Counted from the stretch's first letter, positions 39,020-48,685 are shown. The stretch is 64,000 nt of DNA from Roseivirga sp. (GCA_965660665.1 CBFIAY010000003.1:161265-225264), one strand, 5' to 3'. Program-made: numbers and translations. The notes: generated by a model from the sequence alone, not told the origin.

Positions 39020-40275
39020 TACATCTGATTTAGTGCTTGATCGAAATCTGAGATTAGGTCATTTGGATTTTCGATACCTACGGAGATTCTGACAAGGCTT
39101 TCGGTGATGTTGTTTTTTATCCTGTCTTCCTCGTTCATATTAGAGCTGCTCATGGTGTAAGGGTGAGAGGCTAATGTCTCAGTACTGCCCAATGACACAG
39201 CAAGTTTGACTAACTCTAAGCTGTTTAAAAAGGCGAACGCTGCTTTTTCACCACCCTTGACTTCAAAGGCCATCATTGCGCCTGCTGAATTCTGCTGCTT
39301 TTTGTAGATCGTGTGTTGTGGATCTCCTTCCTTCAAGTGTCCGAGGAAGTAGACTTTGTTCACCATAGAATGATCTTTCAAGAAGTTGGCCAATTGTTCA
39401 GCATTAGCAGCTTGTTTTTCCATGCGAAGAGAAACCGTTTCCAAACTTCTAGTCACTAACCATGACGTAAATGGAGAGGCCATACATCCCAGTGTTGTCC
39501 TTAGTCCTTTGATGGTTTGAATCAAGTCCTCTTTACCTGAACATGCCCCTGCGATAACATCGCTATGTCCCCCAATGTATTTGGTAGCTGAATACAGATT
39601 TAGGTCTGCACCTGAAGCCAGTGGCTTTTGGAAAATAGGGCCTAGGTAGGTGTTGTCTACTGCGATAACGGCTTGGATATCATTTGATCTTAAGTCTTCT
39701 CTTAGGTCTGCTATCATTCCAATGTCTGTTAAGGACAATGTTGGATTGGCAGGAGTTTCTACGTAGATCATCTTGAGTCTCTTCGCTCTCGGATGATCAA
39801 GGATAATCGCTTTAATTTCTTCTAGAGAATGGTTGTTGTCAAACTCTATATAAGCAACATCAAAATGATTTAATGTACGCTTGATAAAGGTGTCTGTTCC
39901 ACCATATAACGGGGATGACATAAGAATTAAATCTCCCGCTTTGCAGAAAGTCATTAGGGTAGTCGAGATAGCAGCCATACCACTTTCGAAGAAGGCCGCG
40001 TCTTCAGCACCATCTAGTTGTGCTAAGCGAAACTCAGCAGCGGTAAGGTTCGGGTGATTCAGTCGCGTATAGATGAGGCTACTGTTTCTTTCCTCCAGCG
40101 TGTCAGCGCTTGAATACTTGTTGAAAAAGGCTTTTCCTTCTTCGGCAGTATTGAACACGAAAGTGGACGTTTGGAAGATTGGGTTCTTCAGGGAGTTTAA
40201 AACTCCGATTGGATCGTGACCGCCTGCGACTACAAGGCTTTCGGCACTAAATTTTGCTTTGTTTTTTTTATCCAT
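39019..40275 (-). CDS. PLP-dependent trans-sulfuration enzyme (cystathionine gamma-synthase / methionine gamma-lyase family)
   Basis: PIFQTSTF, YTRLNHP, SGMAAI, ETPANP, VDNT, YSATKYIGGHSD (PLP Lys), SLGSTETL, RISVGIE. Confidence 0.92.
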   Translation of the reverse strand: MDKKNKAKFSAESLVVAGGHDPIGVLNSLKNPIFQTSTFVFNTAEEGKAFFNKYSSADTLEERNSSLIYTRLNHPNLTAAEFRLAQLDGAEDAAFFESGMAAISTTLMTFCKAGDLILMSSPLYGGTDTFIKRTLNHFDVAYIEFDNNHSLEEIKAIILDHPRAKRLKMIYVETPANPTLSLTDIGMIADLREDLRSNDIQAVIAVDNTYLGPIFQKPLASGADLNLYSATKYIGGHSDVIAGACSGKEDLIQTIKGLRTTLGCMASPFTSWLVTRSLETVSLRMEKQAANAEQLANFLKDHSMVNKVYFLGHLKEGDPQHTIYKKQQNSAGAMMAFEVKGGEKAAFAFLNSLELVKLAVSLGSTETLASHPYTMSSSNMNEEDRIKNNITESLVRISVGIENPNDLISDFDQALNQM

Positions 40276-41654
40276 TATTTAATGACTCTTACTTTGAGTG
40301 TACTGCCTTCTTGACTGATCACAACAACTCGTTCACCAGCCTCTACATACTCTCCACGAGTATACGCATCATAGACTTCACCTTCTATTTCTATTCTACC
40401 ACTGGGGCGAAGAATAGTATTTGCGGTACCTTGACGACCCACGAAGTCATCAGCATAAATTGTGGCGACATAGCCATCTTTCTTTTCTTGACTTGTCATC
40501 AAAGCTACTCTGCTAAATATTTCTGACTGTGTAAGCCGATAGCCAAAAAAGAAGAGTACTACTATTGAACCTAAAACACCAACGCCAACCACGGTGGCTG
40601 CCGTAGTTATTTCTCCTACGGGGACATAATCGAAATTGAAATTGTCGTTACCGAGCATCATAAAGATCAAAGCACCTACCGTACAGACTATCCCCGCTAT
40701 TCCTGCTAATCCAAATCCTGGGATCACAAATACTTCTAGCGCGATTAGTGCAAAACCAATGAAGAAGGCTGCGATTTCCCAGTTTTCCGCTAATCCGTTG
40801 AGGTAATACGGGACTAGGTAAAGTACTAATGCAATTCCAGCTGCTGCTATCGGAAAACCAACTCCAGGAGTCTGTAACTCAAAAAAGATACCTGCGGTAA
40901 TGACTAAAATTAATAACCCACTGACAAACGGGTTTAGAAAAAAGGAAATGACTTCTTCAGTACCTGATAACTCATATTTGATCAGTTCATAGTCAACAAT
41001 ATTATTTTTCTCTAGTATGTCTTGAATACTTGCTACTTCTCTTTCACAATAACCATTAGCTATAGCTTCTGAGGTGGTAAAAGTGATGATTTTACCAGAT
41101 TCGGTTACTCCTTCAATCTCCACTCTATCATCCACCATGCCTTCTGCAATCAGAGGATCTCTGTTGTTTTCTTCTGCCGTTGAGCGCATGATGGATCTCA
41201 TGTAAGATTGATACTTGTCAGGGGCTTGAGCACCATCAGCGCCATTCACTACAGTTGCTGCGCCTATATTGGCTCCAGGCACCATGTAAATACTGTCACA
41301 GGCAATTGAAATGAGCGCACCAGCAGATGCCGCATCATTATTGATAAAAACCCAAACTGGCTTTTCGTATTCTAGTATTTTGGTGCGAATGTCGTTGGCA
41401 TCGTTGACTGCTCCACCATAGGTGTCCATGTCTATGAGGACGATATCGGCATTAACTTCTGTGGCTTGGCCTAGCGCCAAGTCGACATATCGATTCATCC
41501 TTGGGTCGATGTCCCCCCTGATTTCCATTAAGAAAACCTTAAGTGTGCCTTCTTGGTACTTGGATTGCTCAGAAGCCCATGCTGCGGCTACTAACCATAA
41601 AAAACTGCTTAGGACAATTCCTCTGACTACGATTCTAATTCCTTTGATCCCCAC
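40275..41654 (-). CDS. nfeD: NfeD family membrane serine protease (long form)
   Basis: DTYGG, AASAG (Ser), ANIGAATVV, DKY (Lys), TM core, C-terminal LRPSGRIEIEG OB-fold. Confidence 0.88.
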   Translation of the reverse strand: MGIKGIRIVVRGIVLSSFLWLVAAAWASEQSKYQEGTLKVFLMEIRGDIDPRMNRYVDLALGQATEVNADIVLIDMDTYGGAVNDANDIRTKILEYEKPVWVFINNDAASAGALISIACDSIYMVPGANIGAATVVNGADGAQAPDKYQSYMRSIMRSTAEENNRDPLIAEGMVDDRVEIEGVTESGKIITFTTSEAIANGYCEREVASIQDILEKNNIVDYELIKYELSGTEEVISFFLNPFVSGLLILVITAGIFFELQTPGVGFPIAAAGIALVLYLVPYYLNGLAENWEIAAFFIGFALIALEVFVIPGFGLAGIAGIVCTVGALIFMMLGNDNFNFDYVPVGEITTAATVVGVGVLGSIVVLFFFGYRLTQSEIFSRVALMTSQEKKDGYVATIYADDFVGRQGTANTILRPSGRIEIEGEVYDAYTRGEYVEAGERVVVISQEGSTLKVRVIK

Positions 41655-41694
41655 GTGAATAGCTTATTTTTGCTTCAAATTACAAATAAAGGAC

Positions 41695-42474
41695 TTGTCA
41701 AAACAGTTACGACACCATTTTTCACACGGCTTTGATGCCGATATCTGGGAGGTGCTTTCTTTTGGGAATCAACTATTGATTACCATTAGAGACAGTGAAG
41801 CACTAGCGGTTCGTTTTTCACTTTTTGATTTAAATGCAGGTGACTTTCTTTGGAAAGACATCAGCTTCGATGATTCTTGGTGGATTAGCGTTTATCACTT
41901 TGCTGGGGATGTCATTGTTTTCCAAACCTATGACGATACACAAAATATTGAAGCCCGATCTGTCTTTGGGTTTGACACCAATACGCTAGAGGCAATATGG
42001 TCAGTAGATGACGTCAAATTGTTCAATATACAGTCTGGGTTACTTCAGTTGGCCGCAATCAGTGATCCTGTTTACCAGTTTAAGATTGATTTGAGAACGG
42101 GGGCTGAAGTCAATGAACACACTATTTCTCTAGAACCTATAGCATTAAGTGAAACGTTTTATCCTACTCATTATGAGCCTGAAAGTCCTCATTTTGTGAC
42201 GGTTGCTAAATTTCTGAAGGACAAACTATCGTTGGAGTTAGTGGGCAGTTGTGATTACCTCGAATGGGACCAATATTTTGCCATTGCAATAAATACCAAG
42301 GGCGCAGCAGGCTATAAATTAGATTTATTCGTATTTAATCTAAATGGTGACTTGTTGCTACACCAATTACTGGAGAGTGAATTGAAAGGCTTAGCGACTG
42401 GTACGTTTTTTATAGTTAATCAAGCCCTTATATTTGTTGAGGGTAAGCGAAATTTAATTGTTTATGGCTTTTAG
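41695..42474 (+). CDS. DUF4905-like beta-propeller protein
   Basis: TTG start; WWISV, YPTHYEPESPHF; family name from recall. Confidence 0.6.
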   Translation: MSKQLRHHFSHGFDADIWEVLSFGNQLLITIRDSEALAVRFSLFDLNAGDFLWKDISFDDSWWISVYHFAGDVIVFQTYDDTQNIEARSVFGFDTNTLEAIWSVDDVKLFNIQSGLLQLAAISDPVYQFKIDLRTGAEVNEHTISLEPIALSETFYPTHYEPESPHFVTVAKFLKDKLSLELVGSCDYLEWDQYFAIAINTKGAAGYKLDLFVFNLNGDLLLHQLLESELKGLATGTFFIVNQALIFVEGKRNLIVYGF

Positions 42475-42478
42475 GCAT

Positions 42479-43342
42479 ATGAGAAAGTACTTCGGAGTAG
42501 TAATGATGTTCTTAATGGTTACTACTGCTGGTTTTGCACAAACGGATTCTCTTGGCATCGAGAAGCAAGGTGATAAGGTATTTGTGGTACACAAGGTATT
42601 GTCAAAACAGACGCTTTTCTCCTTAGCCAAACGTTATCAAACAACTGTTACAGAGATCAATCAGGCCAATCCAGCCTTAGCCAACGGTTTGCAAGTAGGT
42701 CAGACTTTAAAGATTCCATTTGGCGGTAAAATGCCAATGAAAGAAAGTGCAGCGAAGCTGACAGTAGTAAAAGAAAAGAGGCACAAAGTAGCCCCCGGTG
42801 AGACCCTTTTTGCTATCGCAAAGCAGTACGATGTTAATATTTCTGATCTAAAAGCATGGAATGACTTGTCTTCTAATTCACTTTCTCTCGGTCAGGAATT
42901 GATAATAAGAGTTGAAAGTGAGGTGGTTGCCGATGCTAAGCCTGCAGTGGCTACTGTTAAGGTGGGAATTAAAGCAGATGTGAAAGCAGTACAAATACCA
43001 GTGCTGAAAACGGATACTGCAAAGACTCAGCTAGTCATTGCTCCTGAGTCAGAAAACTATGGGGGGACTAAATTGGCACCTTTCGAAGTAGAAGGCCTAG
43101 CTGAATTAATTGAAGAAGATGAACCATCGGCCAAATTCTTTGCATTACATAGAACAGCTAAAGTAGGTACTGTGATCAAAGTAAAGAACATGATGAACGA
43201 CCTCACAGTTTATGTAAGAATAGTAGGTGCAATGCCGAGCGTGGTCGATGAAAAGGTTATTATCAAGTTGAATCAAAAGGCTTACGATCACCTGAAGGCC
43301 ATTGATAAACGATTCAGAGTTCAGTTGAGTTACTTTCAGTAA
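42479..43342 (+). CDS. Secreted 2xLysM protein with C-terminal RlpA-like DPBB domain
   Basis: HKVLSKQTLFSLAKRY and HKVAPGETLFAIAKQY LysMs; ALHRTAKVGTVIKVKN DPBB start. Confidence 0.85.
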   Translation: MRKYFGVVMMFLMVTTAGFAQTDSLGIEKQGDKVFVVHKVLSKQTLFSLAKRYQTTVTEINQANPALANGLQVGQTLKIPFGGKMPMKESAAKLTVVKEKRHKVAPGETLFAIAKQYDVNISDLKAWNDLSSNSLSLGQELIIRVESEVVADAKPAVATVKVGIKADVKAVQIPVLKTDTAKTQLVIAPESENYGGTKLAPFEVEGLAELIEEDEPSAKFFALHRTAKVGTVIKVKNMMNDLTVYVRIVGAMPSVVDEKVIIKLNQKAYDHLKAIDKRFRVQLSYFQ

Positions 43343-44125
43343 ATGGCGCGCAATGACTTTGAAGGTCTAAAAGCTTTTCTAGATGAAAAGGTAGCGTTGT
43401 ATAATCAGCCATCATTTATCAGCTCAGACCCAGTGAGTATTCCTCATGCTTACGCGCTCAAACAAGATATAGAAATAACAGGTTTTTGGGCGGCTATTTT
43501 AGCTTGGGGCCAACGTGTTACCATTATTAATAAGTGCAATGAGTTGTTTGCGATGATGGATAATCAGCCCTATGATTTCATTTTGAATCATAGCGAAAAT
43601 GATCTTAAACCGCTTCTAAAGTTTAAGCATCGCACATTTAATGATATCGATACGCTTTATTTTATCTCCTTTTTCAAGACTTTTTATCAAAAGCATGACT
43701 CCTTAGAAACAGCATTTTTATCAGGGTTAAAGCAAGGTGACGAACATATTGGGAATGCCTTGATTCATTTCCATGATCAATTTTTCGCTTTGCCAGATGC
43801 GCCTCAGCGTACCCAAAAACACATTGCGACACCGGTTAGAAAATCAGCTTGCAAACGGATAAATATGTTTTTACGATGGATGGTGAGAACTGATAAAAAC
43901 GGAGTTGACTTTGGGATTTGGCATGGAATTAAGTCCTCTCAATTAATCTGTCCATGCGATGTGCATGTAGAACGAGTTGCTCGAAAACTTGGCTTGGTTA
44001 AGCGAAAACAGATGGATTGGCAAACCGCGCTTGAGCTAACGGAAAACTTGCGTCAGTTCGATCCTGAGGATCCCGTGAAATATGACTTCGCACTATTTGG
44101 TCTTGGAGTAGAAGAGAAATTCTAG
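43343..44125 (+). CDS. TIGR02757/DUF2400 family protein
   Basis: DPVSIPH, LAWGQR, SACKRINMFLRWMVR, PCDVHV, DPVKYDFALFG. Confidence 0.9.
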   Translation: MARNDFEGLKAFLDEKVALYNQPSFISSDPVSIPHAYALKQDIEITGFWAAILAWGQRVTIINKCNELFAMMDNQPYDFILNHSENDLKPLLKFKHRTFNDIDTLYFISFFKTFYQKHDSLETAFLSGLKQGDEHIGNALIHFHDQFFALPDAPQRTQKHIATPVRKSACKRINMFLRWMVRTDKNGVDFGIWHGIKSSQLICPCDVHVERVARKLGLVKRKQMDWQTALELTENLRQFDPEDPVKYDFALFGLGVEEKF

Positions 44126-44275
44126 AAATGGGGTCAAGAATTACCTTTTTTCGCTAGAAGCTGGCTTCTAGCTTGGCCTCAATGTTTAAATAAAAATTAA
44201 CAATGAATCGCTGGTGACAAGTTATAAGCTTTGCCCCTCACCTACCAAAGCCTTGAAGTAGGTAGAAACACCTGA

Positions 44276-44923
44276 TTATCCCCAGTTTCCTGGATCATTT
44301 CTCCATTCTTCTAAAGAGGCAACATTAGATTCATTGATATAGCCAAGTTCCACAGCTTTTTCAAGCATGATTTTATAATTGCTTAGACAATGGAGTTTAA
44401 TACCAGCCTTTTGAAAGTTATCATCTGCCAAAGGGAATCCATAAGTGAAAATGGCAAGCATGCCCATTACTTCGAAACCTGATGCAATAAGCGCATCGGC
44501 AGCCTTTAAAGAACTTCCACCAGTAGAAATTAAGTCTTCAACCACAATTACTTTTTGGCCAGGGGTAACTTTTCCTTCTATCAGGTTTTCCATTCCATGG
44601 CCTTTCGGCTTAGATCTTACATATATGAAAGGAACACCCAATGCTTCTGCTAGTAGGGCACCTTGGGGTATTCCTGCCGTAGCCACACCAGCTACCGCTT
44701 CATAGCCCGGGAATTGAGCTTTTGCTGCTTTCGCCAAGGCTTCTTTAATAAACGTTCTTGTTGGGGGATAAGAGAGAGAAAGCCTATTGTCACAATAGAT
44801 TGGAGATTTCCAACCAGAGCTCCACGTAAATGGATCCTCAATGCTCAACTTAATTGCTTTGATTTGAAGTAAGTCAGATGCTACTTTTAATGCGATTTCC
44901 TTTTCAGATAAGACTTTTTCCAT
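44276..44923 (-). CDS. pyrE: Orotate phosphoribosyltransferase
   Basis: WSSGWKSPIYCDNR, VATAGIP, KGHG, VVEDLISTGGS. Confidence 0.96.
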   Translation of the reverse strand: MEKVLSEKEIALKVASDLLQIKAIKLSIEDPFTWSSGWKSPIYCDNRLSLSYPPTRTFIKEALAKAAKAQFPGYEAVAGVATAGIPQGALLAEALGVPFIYVRSKPKGHGMENLIEGKVTPGQKVIVVEDLISTGGSSLKAADALIASGFEVMGMLAIFTYGFPLADDNFQKAGIKLHCLSNYKIMLEKAVELGYINESNVASLEEWRNDPGNWG

Positions 44924-45021
44924 GTCGCGAATTTAAGATATTTTTATTCTCAAAATGTCATGATTTTCTTTTACGTACTTAGAGATTTTTTTTTGATATT
45001 GACAAAGAATTAAGACCCTCA

Positions 45022-45705
45022 ATGAGGATTTATATAAAGGACACCCCACTCAGGATCAAAAGACCTGAACATATTAAAGACGATAGTCTTTTTGACGAAG
45101 TTATTCAAGAGGATGACCTGTTGATCAATGAACGTAAGTTCAGAGGCAATATGCTCATTCGGAATGCCAATAGAGATACCATTAAGAGTATTCTATTCAT
45201 TCTACATAATAAAAAGATCAAAGGATTAGAATCGGTAACTGTCGTTACTCCTCACTACGATGAGTCTATTGAGTACATCAAGAGCAAGTTTAAAATTATT
45301 AAAGCTGGTGGAGGTGTAGTTTATAAGAACGGTAAGATTCTAATGATTCATCGACTTGGCAAGTGGGACCTACCTAAAGGTAAAATTGAGGGTAAAGAGA
45401 CTTTTTTAGCAGGCGCGAAGCGTGAGGTAGAGGAGGAGTGTAATGTTAAAGTCAAGGTGTTGGACAAGGTTTGTACGACATGGCATACTTATACAACAGG
45501 AGAGAAGAGCATTCTGAAGAAGACGGTTTGGTATCAAATGGAAAGTCTAGATGATAGTGCTATGAAGCCTCAACTAGATGAAGGTATAGATGAAGTAAGG
45601 TGGATGAGCAAAAAGGAAGTGGATGTAGCCCAGTTCAACGCGTTCAGTTCCATTCGACACGTCCATAAAAAGTTTAAGAAGCAGTTATTAGCTCACAAAT
45701 CGTAG
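45022..45705 (+). CDS. NUDIX hydrolase (Ap4A hydrolase-like) with N-terminal extension
   Basis: AGGGVV, WDLPKGK, Nudix box GKIEGKE-x7-REVEEEC. Confidence 0.88.
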   Translation: MRIYIKDTPLRIKRPEHIKDDSLFDEVIQEDDLLINERKFRGNMLIRNANRDTIKSILFILHNKKIKGLESVTVVTPHYDESIEYIKSKFKIIKAGGGVVYKNGKILMIHRLGKWDLPKGKIEGKETFLAGAKREVEEECNVKVKVLDKVCTTWHTYTTGEKSILKKTVWYQMESLDDSAMKPQLDEGIDEVRWMSKKEVDVAQFNAFSSIRHVHKKFKKQLLAHKS

Positions 45706-46148
45706 GGTAAATATCTTTGCACTTCTCCACCATATCGGTGAACTTCTCTAACAATTGAAGAGTTTACAGCAGCCAGCTCTGCTGATGTGATCAAGAATAC
45801 CGTTTCAAGGTGGCTGTTCAAGTCCCGGTTGACTTGGGATATACTATTTTCATACTCAAAGTCGGTGGTGTTTCTTAAGCCTCTGAGGATAAATGAAGCG
45901 TCTAATTTATCAGCTATCTGCGCGGTTAGTTCATTGTAAACAATGACCGATACACCCGGAACATCTTTGAAGGTTTGGTTGATCTTTTCCTCCATGTAAG
46001 CGATTTCGAAATACCGATTCGTCTTTTGGTTGTTATAGCCGATGGCTATTACGATTTCATCAAAGAGTTTCAGTCCCCTTCGGACAATGTCCTCGTGACC
46101 TTTTGTAAATGGATCAAATGAGCCTGGGAAAACTGCAATGCGCTTCAT
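45693..46148 (-). CDS. coaD: Phosphopantetheine adenylyltransferase
   Basis: FPGSFDPFTKGH, RGLRNTTDFEYE, SSIVRE. Confidence 0.96.
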   Translation of the reverse strand: MKRIAVFPGSFDPFTKGHEDIVRRGLKLFDEIVIAIGYNNQKTNRYFEIAYMEEKINQTFKDVPGVSVIVYNELTAQIADKLDASFILRGLRNTTDFEYENSISQVNRDLNSHLETVFLITSAELAAVNSSIVREVHRYGGEVQRYLPYDL

Positions 46149-46170
46149 ATCGTAAATCTAAGGAATTAAA

Positions 46171-47034
46171 CTAGAGGTTCGAAAGCACATCGAAATACTC
46201 CATTCCTTCAAGTTCGTTGAAGATTGGATGTATCATTATATCAGATGGCCGTTGACCAAGTTCAATATTCTTGAAGTACTTTTTCAAAGTAGGTAGGTTC
46301 TTGTTTACTAGGCTTTTGCTACCATACAGGAGGACGGGAATTGATTGTCCCTCTTCACTGAACTGCTTTGCTGTTGATAAAATTCCATTCACAAGATCCA
46401 TTGAATTTGAAAACTGCAACTGATTGTAAATAGCTAGACGGCTGAGGTTAAATCCTGCTAGCAGTACCTCTTGATCATTTATGAGTAAGTAGATACTACT
46501 TTGCGCCCGTTCTCTTAATTGACCTTTTAATCCCTTGAGAAAGGCGATACTCTGATGATTAAAGTGCAGAGAAGTATTCGGGTATTTTTCATTAAACCAT
46601 TCTTTGAGTGCAACAGGGTAGGCAAAAGCAATGGCTAGTCCCAATTCATCTAAGACCTTAAACCTGTACTCATCTAGATTAGGGTCAGTAGGCTCATTCA
46701 GCTGAATGTATTGTTGTATCAGCGATTTTTCGAATACTGGATACGGTACTAGTGAAAACTGTCTGTTTCTTCTAAAAACTTGAACCTCCTTCCAAAAACC
46801 AGCAGCCATGAGCACATGCTCGTCATAGACCTTTTGAATATTTTCAACAAGACTAATTTTTGAATTGAAGCCGACTTCCTCAAGGAGCAATAGGCGTTTC
46901 TTCTGAATGTCAAATATGCTGATTTGACAAGATTCGGAGGAAATAAAAAACGAAAGACGATAGTGATCTATGCGATCAATATCTAGTCTTTCGTCCTTTA
47001 TAGATATTATTGATGGCGTATTTTTTGAACGCAC
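46171..47034 (-). CDS. DUF3822 family protein
   Basis: YRLSF, FSLVPYPVF, YNQLQF pattern; upstream of coaD; family name from recall. Confidence 0.7.
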   Translation of the reverse strand: MRSKNTPSIISIKDERLDIDRIDHYRLSFFISSESCQISIFDIQKKRLLLLEEVGFNSKISLVENIQKVYDEHVLMAAGFWKEVQVFRRNRQFSLVPYPVFEKSLIQQYIQLNEPTDPNLDEYRFKVLDELGLAIAFAYPVALKEWFNEKYPNTSLHFNHQSIAFLKGLKGQLRERAQSSIYLLINDQEVLLAGFNLSRLAIYNQLQFSNSMDLVNGILSTAKQFSEEGQSIPVLLYGSKSLVNKNLPTLKKYFKNIELGQRPSDIMIHPIFNELEGMEYFDVLSNL

Positions 47035-47040
47035 CTGATC

Positions 47041-47616
47041 TTACCAGTTACCTGCTGTAGTGATATCAGTTCTTGAACCGAATCTCAATGGTCTACGCTT
47101 TTCATTCTCGTTATCGTCAGTTCTAGTTCTGTCGAATGGATAAGTATCCGCAACTTCAAGGAAATCAACATTTACACCAGATTTGATAGAATCTTTTGCG
47201 TAGAGTGAGAAGTATTTTCCTTTAGAATGAGGCAGTTCGGGTAGCGCTTTAAAGTCAAAACCTTTAGAGAAAAGCGAATCTCTAACTGGAACAACTTCTA
47301 AAGTGTCATAAACAAATGTCGATTGTTCAGCACCGTAGTCGAGCATTTTGATTACTTCAGTTCTTTCTATTACGTAGATGTTACCAGAGTCAGCATAAGC
47401 GATTAATTTCTCCCATGTGTCTGCATAATCACCGTAAGTACTCAAATAAGCGATTTGGACATCTCGAATAAGTTCAAGTCGCGCTTTTACAATATTTTCA
47501 ACTCTTTCTATTTCCTTTCCTTTTTCAATGGTACTATGAATACCATCATATAAGAAATACGCCACTACAACGGCTAGGACAAAGAAAACGCCAGTAAGAA
47601 TTTTAGTAAGGTTCAT
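47041..47616 (-). CDS. Conserved membrane-anchored protein with a pilin-like helix
   Basis: N-terminal TM then RLELIRDVQIAYLSTYGDY; ends FGSRTDITTAGNW. Confidence 0.6.
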   Translation of the reverse strand: MNLTKILTGVFFVLAVVVAYFLYDGIHSTIEKGKEIERVENIVKARLELIRDVQIAYLSTYGDYADTWEKLIAYADSGNIYVIERTEVIKMLDYGAEQSTFVYDTLEVVPVRDSLFSKGFDFKALPELPHSKGKYFSLYAKDSIKSGVNVDFLEVADTYPFDRTRTDDNENEKRRPLRFGSRTDITTAGNW

Positions 47617-47692
47617 TTTAAAGTCTATTTTCGCTAAATTAACTAATTATTTAGGTAATGCATAATAAATCAAAACGCTAGTTTATGGATAA

Positions 47693-48184
47693 TTAATGAA
47701 ATTTGAAATAACCTTTCCTATTAATCATCTCATTGATCGAGCTAGCGTTTTGTAAAACGTAGTGTAGGTTTTCCATTTCTTGTGTCTGTATCATGTCTAA
47801 ATTATAGTATCCAATCTTTGTAAGTATTTGATTTTCAGCCGTCATCTCAGGATCAGTACCTAGTTTGAGCTCGCCTGAAATGGTATTTACCAAAAAGAAA
47901 AGCTCAATTCCATGGAGTGGGCGATCGAGGTATTCATGAACAAATAAGAAATCTTTTATTTCAATGGTCAAGCCTGTCTCTTCCTTGAACTCTCTGATCA
48001 AGGCCTCTTCGGCACTTTCGCCATATTCCATTCCACCACCTGGTGGTGCCCACAGTGAACCAGTTTTACCGAGTGATTTGTGATGGACTAAAAGTATCTT
48101 GCCCCCTTTAATACAAATTCCACAAACCCTAACCCTCAGTTTTTCTCCATAAGCTTCGGATATCTTAGTATCTATCGGGTTCAT
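47693..48184 (-). CDS. NUDIX hydrolase (MutT-like)
   Basis: WAPPGGGMEYGE-x7-REFKEETGL. Confidence 0.88.
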   Translation of the reverse strand: MNPIDTKISEAYGEKLRVRVCGICIKGGKILLVHHKSLGKTGSLWAPPGGGMEYGESAEEALIREFKEETGLTIEIKDFLFVHEYLDRPLHGIELFFLVNTISGELKLGTDPEMTAENQILTKIGYYNLDMIQTQEMENLHYVLQNASSINEMINRKGYFKFH

Positions 48185-48233
48185 CTGTAGGGGTGGTTAA
48201 GACTAGTGGATATATTTGCACAAATTGTAGACC

Positions 48234-48683
48234 ATGGTAAAGGTATTTAATCCTGACTTCAAGTCAAGGATAGAGAAATTTCTAGATCGTCAGTATTTTA
48301 TGAAACTCGTAGGGTTTGAGCTCAATGTAATTGAGCCGGGTCGTACAGAAGGTTGGCTAGATTTGACACAAGATCACCAGCAGCAAACAGGTTTGGTACA
48401 TGGCGGTGTCACCGCCACCCTTGCAGATATTGTGGCCGGCTTTGCCGCAGTTACTGTTGTGGCAGAGGACCAACATGTGGTTACAGGGGAAATAAAAATA
48501 TCCTACTTCACCCCAGGAAGAGGGCAAAAGCTACATGCAATTGGTTGGGTAGTTAAACAAGGTAGAAAGATGAGCTTTTGTGAGGCTGAAGTGTGGTCTG
48601 TAGACGAGGGTAAGCGAACCCTAATCGCTAAGGCCAGTACCTCGATGGTTACAATTTTTCCAGAAGACAAGAAAAAGTCTTAG
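48234..48683 (+). CDS. PaaI family hotdog thioesterase
   Basis: QQTGLVHGGVTATLAD. Confidence 0.9.
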   Translation: MVKVFNPDFKSRIEKFLDRQYFMKLVGFELNVIEPGRTEGWLDLTQDHQQQTGLVHGGVTATLADIVAGFAAVTVVAEDQHVVTGEIKISYFTPGRGQKLHAIGWVVKQGRKMSFCEAEVWSVDEGKRTLIAKASTSMVTIFPEDKKKS

Positions 48684-48685
48684 GA

